Source: Patescibacteria group bacterium (GTDB lineage: Bacteria > Patescibacteriota > UBA1384 > UBA12157 > JAENIV01). From it: a DNA stretch of 58,498 bases. The translations under genes and the position numbers were made by a program. The stretch covers positions 1-58,498 of the forward strand of contig JBAYHL010000005.1 in assembly GCA_041666185.1 (NCBI GenBank). Reading direction: 5' to 3'. This document shows positions 54,279 to 58,498 of the stretch, piece by piece. The notes beneath the pieces were generated by a model. The model ran no database searches, had not been told where the DNA came from, and saw nothing but the letters and a program-made list of their open reading frames with translations. The number at the start of each line of letters is the position of its first letter. The first letter of the stretch is position 1.

Positions 54279-55115
54279 ATGAGTTTGAGGGTTGTAGGGA
54301 AATTGACTTTGTTGGTATTAGTGCTACTCTGCATCAGCTTTCTCACTGGATGCGCGAAATCGGTTTCTTCCGGTCATGTCGGCATCAAAACGAATTGGGG
54401 CAAAGTAACTGGACAAGCTGGTGAAGGCCTTAATTGGTACTTCCCCATTGGAAATGCAATTGAGGTAATCGACTGCCGGACGCAAAAAGCGGAAAGATCT
54501 ACCTCAGCTGCAAGCAAAGACTTGCAAACGGTCACAACGACGATTGCAGTCAATTATCACATCGATCGTGACAAGGCCAAGAACCTTTTCTCTGATGTAG
54601 GATATTCCAAGGTGACTGTGTCAAACGGACAAGAAAGCTGGAAAGAGTATTCCTATGTCACAAAGATTATTGATCCTCGGATCGACGAGATTCTAAAGTC
54701 GGTGACCGCCAAATACACTGCCTCACAGTTGATAACCGAAAGACAAAAGGTTAAGCAAGAGGTGGAGGTGAAGTTAACAAGGGGCTTGAAGGACTACGAC
54801 ATTACAGTTGAGCCGGGAGGTGTTAGTATAACTGATTTCGATTTCTCTAAACCGTTCAACGATAGCATCGAAGAGAAGCAGGTTGCAGAACAAACGGCGC
54901 AAAAAGCACTCTACGAGCTGCAACAGGCTGAGATACAGAAAAAGATTGATATCATGCAAGCCGAAGGAAAAGCGCGGGCAAACCAGATTCAAACTCAGTC
55001 TTTGTCGAAAGCTGTGCTTGAACAGAAATGGATCGACAAGTGGGATGGTCATTTGCCCCAGGCAATGGGAAGCAATATCCTAAGCACTTTACCCGGAAGT
55101 CCTTTAAGCAGATAG
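54279..55115 (+). CDS. SPFH/prohibitin-family lipoprotein
   Basis: Lipobox LLCISFLTG/C; SPFH core GHVGIKTNWGKV...DLQTVTTTIAVNYHI; coiled-coil tail. Confidence 0.8.
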   Translation: MSLRVVGKLTLLVLVLLCISFLTGCAKSVSSGHVGIKTNWGKVTGQAGEGLNWYFPIGNAIEVIDCRTQKAERSTSAASKDLQTVTTTIAVNYHIDRDKAKNLFSDVGYSKVTVSNGQESWKEYSYVTKIIDPRIDEILKSVTAKYTASQLITERQKVKQEVEVKLTRGLKDYDITVEPGGVSITDFDFSKPFNDSIEEKQVAEQTAQKALYELQQAEIQKKIDIMQAEGKARANQIQTQSLSKAVLEQKWIDKWDGHLPQAMGSNILSTLPGSPLSR

Positions 55116-55125
55116 GAGGCATAAG

Positions 55126-55443
55126 ATGGGAGCGATTGCTGAATTTCTGATTGCCTCGCTAGCAATTGTTGCTGCTTTCGGTGGCTGGATTCTCGCATAC
55201 AAGATGTGGAAAAGAGATCCCGATGCAGTGAAAAGGGCTGCTGACGAGCTTGTTCGGGCCAGGAAAGAACTAGAGACTGAAACAAAGTCTCTGGAAGCGA
55301 TGATTCACGGTCTGAAAACAGACTTACTTCTAGGTCCATTGTTGACCGAAGATGATCGTTCTCTTAGGACATTGGCAGTAGAAACAGTAATAGAGGATGC
55401 CTTCCGAAGGATCCTTCAAAGAGTTGAGGACAGTAGAAGGTAA
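55126..55443 (+). CDS. Small single-pass membrane coiled-coil protein
   Basis: TM FLIASLAIVAAFGGWILAY, then a charged helix; 10 nt after the SPFH gene. Confidence 0.55.
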   Translation: MGAIAEFLIASLAIVAAFGGWILAYKMWKRDPDAVKRAADELVRARKELETETKSLEAMIHGLKTDLLLGPLLTEDDRSLRTLAVETVIEDAFRRILQRVEDSRR

Positions 55444-55464
55444 GCGCGTAACATACGAACCATG

Positions 55465-55503
55465 AGACCCAAGACTACTTTATAGTCGAGGGTCTTTTTT
55501 TTT
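55465..55503 (+). terminator. Intrinsic terminator
   Basis: AGACCC...GGGTCT stem with inner GACTA/TAGTC, followed by T9. Confidence 0.8.
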
Positions 55504-55532
55504 GTATTTTTGTAATTCCAAAACTTTAATCC

Positions 55533-55569
55533 AAAAAAAAGAGACTTAGATAATCTCATCTTAGTCTCT
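55533..55569 (-). terminator. Intrinsic terminator for 55588-56001
   Basis: GAGACTTAGA/TCTTAGTCTC stem (one mismatch), T8 on minus strand. Confidence 0.75.
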
Positions 55570-55587
55570 GAAAAAGAATTGTTTTGC

Positions 55588-56001
55588 TCAGTCTTTATAC
55601 TGGCGCTGGATCATGACTTCATCGAAGCCGTATTTGTTGCTAAAAGGCTTGGCGATTTCCGTGATTGGTTCTAGTGTTTTTGGATCAAAAATTTCGAATC
55701 GAATTGTAGTTTGGTTGCCAAACGCAAATCCGAAAACCTGATTACCTTCGGAAGTTATGACGCGAGTGTGCTTACTTCCTAGGCCAAACCACGTTCTGTA
55801 TTCTTCAGCTTCCCGAATGACTTCTTTGAGGTAATAGTATGCAGGACTGGTCATTATGTACTCAACAAATTCAGGGTCGCGTAGATACAAAACAGTTTTA
55901 ATACCAAGACTTTCTTCAACGATCTTCTTGATATCAAACATTAACTGCTTGATCGCTTCTCGCTTTACTGAATCTGAATACTCTATTTTAATTTCAACCA
56001 C
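55588..56001 (-). CDS. Hypothetical cytoplasmic protein (138 aa)
   Basis: GTG start at comp. 55999-56001 after SD AAGGAAAAGGGG and the promoter at 56035-56063; the longer 188-aa ORF-track version would include the promoter. Confidence 0.55.
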   Translation of the reverse strand: MVEIKIEYSDSVKREAIKQLMFDIKKIVEESLGIKTVLYLRDPEFVEYIMTSPAYYYLKEVIREAEEYRTWFGLGSKHTRVITSEGNQVFGFAFGNQTTIRFEIFDPKTLEPITEIAKPFSNKYGFDEVMIQRQYKD

Positions 56002-56034
56002 TTTTAAATACCCCTTTTCCTTAGGTTGATTAAT

Positions 56035-56063
56035 ATTATACCTTAAGAAAATCAGATTGACAA
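56035..56063 (-). promoter_or_regulatory. Promoter TTGTCA-17-TATAAT on minus strand
   Basis: comp. 56058-56063 TTGTCA, comp. 56035-56040 TATAAT. Confidence 0.65.
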
Positions 56064-56178
56064 GACTTAAATGTACCCAAATCGTACTCCAGGGGGTGTG
56101 AGGTGGACAAAACGATATTTTTTTGTTATAATTTAGCAAAGTTGCTTCCTGCATCCTGTATTGTTAGGAGGTGGTGAA

Positions 56179-56526
56179 ATGGTCGCAGGAAAAATCGGCG
56201 GTTTTATTAGTGGATTGTTGGTTGGTGGCGCAGTTGGTGGTCCGATTGGTGCGGTTGTCGGTGCAGTAGTGGGTCTAGGTGCCGGTGTTGCACTTGATGA
56301 TAGCGCAACACCAGGATCGTGTTCTAGCAGCGGTGGCGACGGAGGTAGAACCGTGCCAATGACTCGTGATTCCGAAGGGCACATTAGCCCAGCAGGCGGA
56401 TACACTTCAGAAGGGCATGCAGTATATGGTGTCAGGGATAGTGAAGGACGCGAACAGTCAGTTGACTATGTCAACTCAGAAGGTTATCGAACATCGTCCG
56501 ATAGTCTCTACGGAGATGATGACTAA
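56179..56526 (+). CDS. Glycine-zipper membrane peptide with [DTN]SEG[HRY] repeats and acidic tail
   Basis: SD TAGGAGGTGG then ATG 56179; GGFISGLLVGGAVGGPIGAVVGAVVGLGAGV; DSEGH, TSEGH, DSEGR, NSEGY. Confidence 0.6.
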   Translation: MVAGKIGGFISGLLVGGAVGGPIGAVVGAVVGLGAGVALDDSATPGSCSSSGGDGGRTVPMTRDSEGHISPAGGYTSEGHAVYGVRDSEGREQSVDYVNSEGYRTSSDSLYGDDD

Positions 56527-56550
56527 TCTCATCTAATGGGGCAATCAAGT

Positions 56551-56586
56551 ATAGTTCGAGGCAAATCTGTCTCGAACTATTTTTTA
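56551..56586 (+). terminator. Intrinsic terminator
   Basis: ATAGTTCGAG/CTCGAACTAT 10-bp stem followed by T6. Confidence 0.85.
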
Positions 56587-56726
56587 TATAGTACAGCATT
56601 GTCACTCCAGTTGTTAGTAATTTGGTAGGGTGAAAATATGTGAGTTAAGAAAAGCCAGTCTTCTTATTGTTGTATCTATATGTTTATGATATCGTATGTA
56701 GGAATTCGTACATTAAGGAGATGCAT

Positions 56727-56927
56727 ATGGAATCTGATAATAATCTTATAAAAGCTGTAGAAAAATGCTGCCGTCATCCGTCAAGTCATCTTCCTTGTTA
56801 TCAGACTTCAGGAACTGGTACGTTCCATATATGTCAGTTTGGATTGAGGCCTGAAAGGCGCAATCTTGACGTGTGTCTTGAGCGATATAAGGCAGCCTTA
56901 GATCAAAGGAAGGACGACGATCAATAA
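56727..56927 (+). CDS. Small Cys-rich hypothetical protein (66 aa)
   Basis: SD AAGGAG, ATG 56727; five Cys (CC, C, C, C). Confidence 0.45.
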   Translation: MESDNNLIKAVEKCCRHPSSHLPCYQTSGTGTFHICQFGLRPERRNLDVCLERYKAALDQRKDDDQ

Positions 56928-56972
56928 ACCATTCTAGCTATTGGAGACTAGTTAGTCTCTTTAGAGTCACTC

Positions 56973-57007
56973 ACCGCTAGGTTTTAAATACTTGGCGGTT
57001 TTTTTTA
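56973..57007 (+). terminator. Intrinsic terminator
   Basis: ACCGCTAG/CTTGGCGGT imperfect stem followed by T8. Confidence 0.6.
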
Positions 57008-57072
57008 GTTCAATACCAAACACGGGGGTTGGAAAGAGAACGGTTCCCCTGGTTCATTAGATAATATCTTAT

Positions 57073-57543
57073 TTAAATTTTTAATCTCATAAATACGTTA
57101 TCGTCATCGTCAGTAAAATTGTCTGGAAGTTTTGACATGCTTTCAAAATTGTACTTTTTGTAAAAAGCTATAGCGCGTTCAGACACAGGATTTCTAGTGG
57201 TAGCTAAGTAAATTTCTTCAAATCTTTTTTCTTTAGCATATTTTAGTAAAATATTTATCATTGCTTGGGCAAGACCCTTACCGCGATATTCTTGATCTAT
57301 GTACATTCTTTTTAGGTAACCCTGATTATTGCCCATATCTTTTAGTGCTAATGTGCCAATAATTTTATCAGCTTCTAAAGCTATCCAGAAATTCCCGTTT
57401 CTGGATAAATAATTATTTTTAATATCGTGAAGTTCAAAGGCATCTTTTTTCCAACCCAAATCATTAACTTTAATGTCCATAACAAAATCATAAATCTCTT
57501 GCGCGTATTCTGGATCAAATTCAATAATTTTCATTTTCCCCAT
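57073..57543 (-). CDS. GNAT-family N-acetyltransferase
   Basis: YIDQEYRGKGLAQAMINILLKYAKE acetyl-CoA binding motif A; 156 aa. Confidence 0.85.
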   Translation of the reverse strand: MGKMKIIEFDPEYAQEIYDFVMDIKVNDLGWKKDAFELHDIKNNYLSRNGNFWIALEADKIIGTLALKDMGNNQGYLKRMYIDQEYRGKGLAQAMINILLKYAKEKRFEEIYLATTRNPVSERAIAFYKKYNFESMSKLPDNFTDDDDNVFMRLKI

Positions 57544-57613
57544 CTTTCTTAATTGGCTTAATATTTTAATTGCCCCATCGAAGTTTGTTCAAGTTGTTGT
57601 TCGGTTTGTGTTG

Positions 57614-58498
57614 TCATAATTTTATACTTAACTTCATCATTCTTAAAGTTAGTGCTTTTTCGCCACCTTCCAGTATTCTTATGATATCATTTCTCATTTT
57701 CGTATTTTCAATGCCACCAGATTTATATTCAAAATCTATAAGTTGATCTTTTAATTTCGAGCTTTCAGCCACAACTATATTCTCAGTGTCAGAACAAATT
57801 GCCAAGCTGGCGTTATGAGTAACTAAGATGATTTGCCTTTGTTCTTTTTCTTTTTTAACAAAATTAACTAAATTTGTGGCAATACCGGTAACATCTAGAT
57901 CGTCCTCTGGTTGATCAATTAAAATTGGATATTTTTCATCATCATATTTAAATATCAGTTCTAGAAGAGCTATAGATTTTTCGCCCCCAGTCATATTTTC
58001 AAAAGTTGTTTTTCCATCATGAGTTTTGACTGAATTTAGATAATCTATAGAGTATCTATTTTTTAAGAATCTCGATATAACCTCTGAAATTTCACCTGCG
58101 CCAACTTTTATCTTTATTTCTCCTGTGATTAATTTTGTAATAAACTCTTTAACCGTTTCTTTCGTGAGTTCTTTTGGTGAATCGCTAAATAAATGTTTTA
58201 TATCTTTGTTGTCCTGTACCCTTTTTAAGGTGCTAACGGTATTAATGTTTGTTACCATAAAATTTTTTAAATCCTCGAGATCATATTTTGTTTGTATACC
58301 AATTTGCAAAAAAGAAAAATCTGTACCGAAATCAACTGATTCATAAAATTTAGCCCTTTTGTTTTTTGTGGAAATGTAATAATCTACAAGATTTTTTAAA
58401 GCACTATCTTTTTCGATTTTTGTTTGTTGTATTTGAGTTTCTAATTCTTCTATATTCTTCACGGTCTTTTTTAAATCGCTTAGTTCTTTTGCTAAATC
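57614..58498 (-). CDS. C-terminal part of an SMC/ABC-type (RecF/OLD/TrlF-like) ATPase; ORF continues beyond the window
   Basis: Signature-like GGEKSIALLELIF, Walker B/D-loop PILIDQPEDDLD, H-loop ILVTHNASL; reading frame stays open from 58462 to 58498 (DLAKELSDLKKTV...). Confidence 0.7.
   Translation of the reverse strand, partial: DLAKELSDLKKTVKNIEELETQIQQTKIEKDSALKNLVDYYISTKNKRAKFYESVDFGTDFSFLQIGIQTKYDLEDLKNFMVTNINTVSTLKRVQDNKDIKHLFSDSPKELTKETVKEFITKLITGEIKIKVGAGEISEVISRFLKNRYSIDYLNSVKTHDGKTTFENMTGGEKSIALLELIFKYDDEKYPILIDQPEDDLDVTGIATNLVNFVKKEKEQRQIILVTHNASLAICSDTENIVVAESSKLKDQLIDFEYKSGGIENTKMRNDIIRILEGGEKALTLRMMKLSIKL

Noticed and set aside
55541-56961. Similar palindromes GAGACTTAGA...TCTTAGTCTC (55541-55568) and GAGACTAGTTAGTCTC (56946-56961) as possible boundaries of a mobile cassette
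   Set aside because: Both sit where gene terminators are expected. The similarity is only ~9 nt, and no target duplication or transposase is present.
1-58498. Alternative genetic code (UGA reassignment, as in some candidate phyla)
   Set aside because: TGA cleanly terminates conserved genes at their expected ends (ricT 3672-3674, pilB 8197-8199, ileS 21233-21235, topA 32457-32459). An RF2 gene is present.

Overview
58.5-kb low-GC bacterial chromosome segment. My hand counts of single 60-nt lines give about 33-37% GC in core genes. Gene content suggests a small-genome, monoderm-type, CPR/Patescibacteria-like organism (inference). It uses the standard code: TGA terminates ricT, pilB, ileS and topA, and an RF2 gene is present. 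Core content in order: tRNA-Pro, M50 protease, rpmB, holB, ricT, and tRNA-Tyr/Thr/Thr-rpmG-tRNA-Trp. Next comes a ~12-kb type IV pilus locus (pilB, pilT, pilC, pilD, prepilin-type and minor-pilin genes). It is followed by rnhA-ileS-rodA/ftsW, rplU-secE-nusG-rplK, dprA-topA-recR-cysS, prfB-ybaB-ZIP-pth, rplA-rplJ-rplL, tgt, secDF and manC. Several higher-GC modules (about 45-52% in sampled lines) are interspersed, each with its own sigma70-like promoter and intrinsic terminator, and they encode secreted or membrane proteins of unknown function. The items most worth a second look are: (1) a four-gene module at 44.0-50.3 kb with two paralogous membrane-anchored VirD4/TraG/HerA-type ATPases and no other secretion parts; (2) a 5-kb island at 24.0-29.1 kb that splits rplK from rplA, encoding an 872-aa secreted protein with a clan-CD-like His/Cys protease signature and two promoter-plus-terminator-bounded sRNA candidates; (3) a 41-nt leader motif duplicated upstream of rplK and rplL; (4) long charged N-terminal extensions on L1 and L7/L12; (5) a surface-protein pair sharing an Asn-rich motif, one with an LPXTG-like sorting signal; (6) a nested-helix RNA element inside the pilin gene array; (7) recurrent leaderless-type promoter/ATG geometry. 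All function calls come from motif recognition by eye, and no database search was run.
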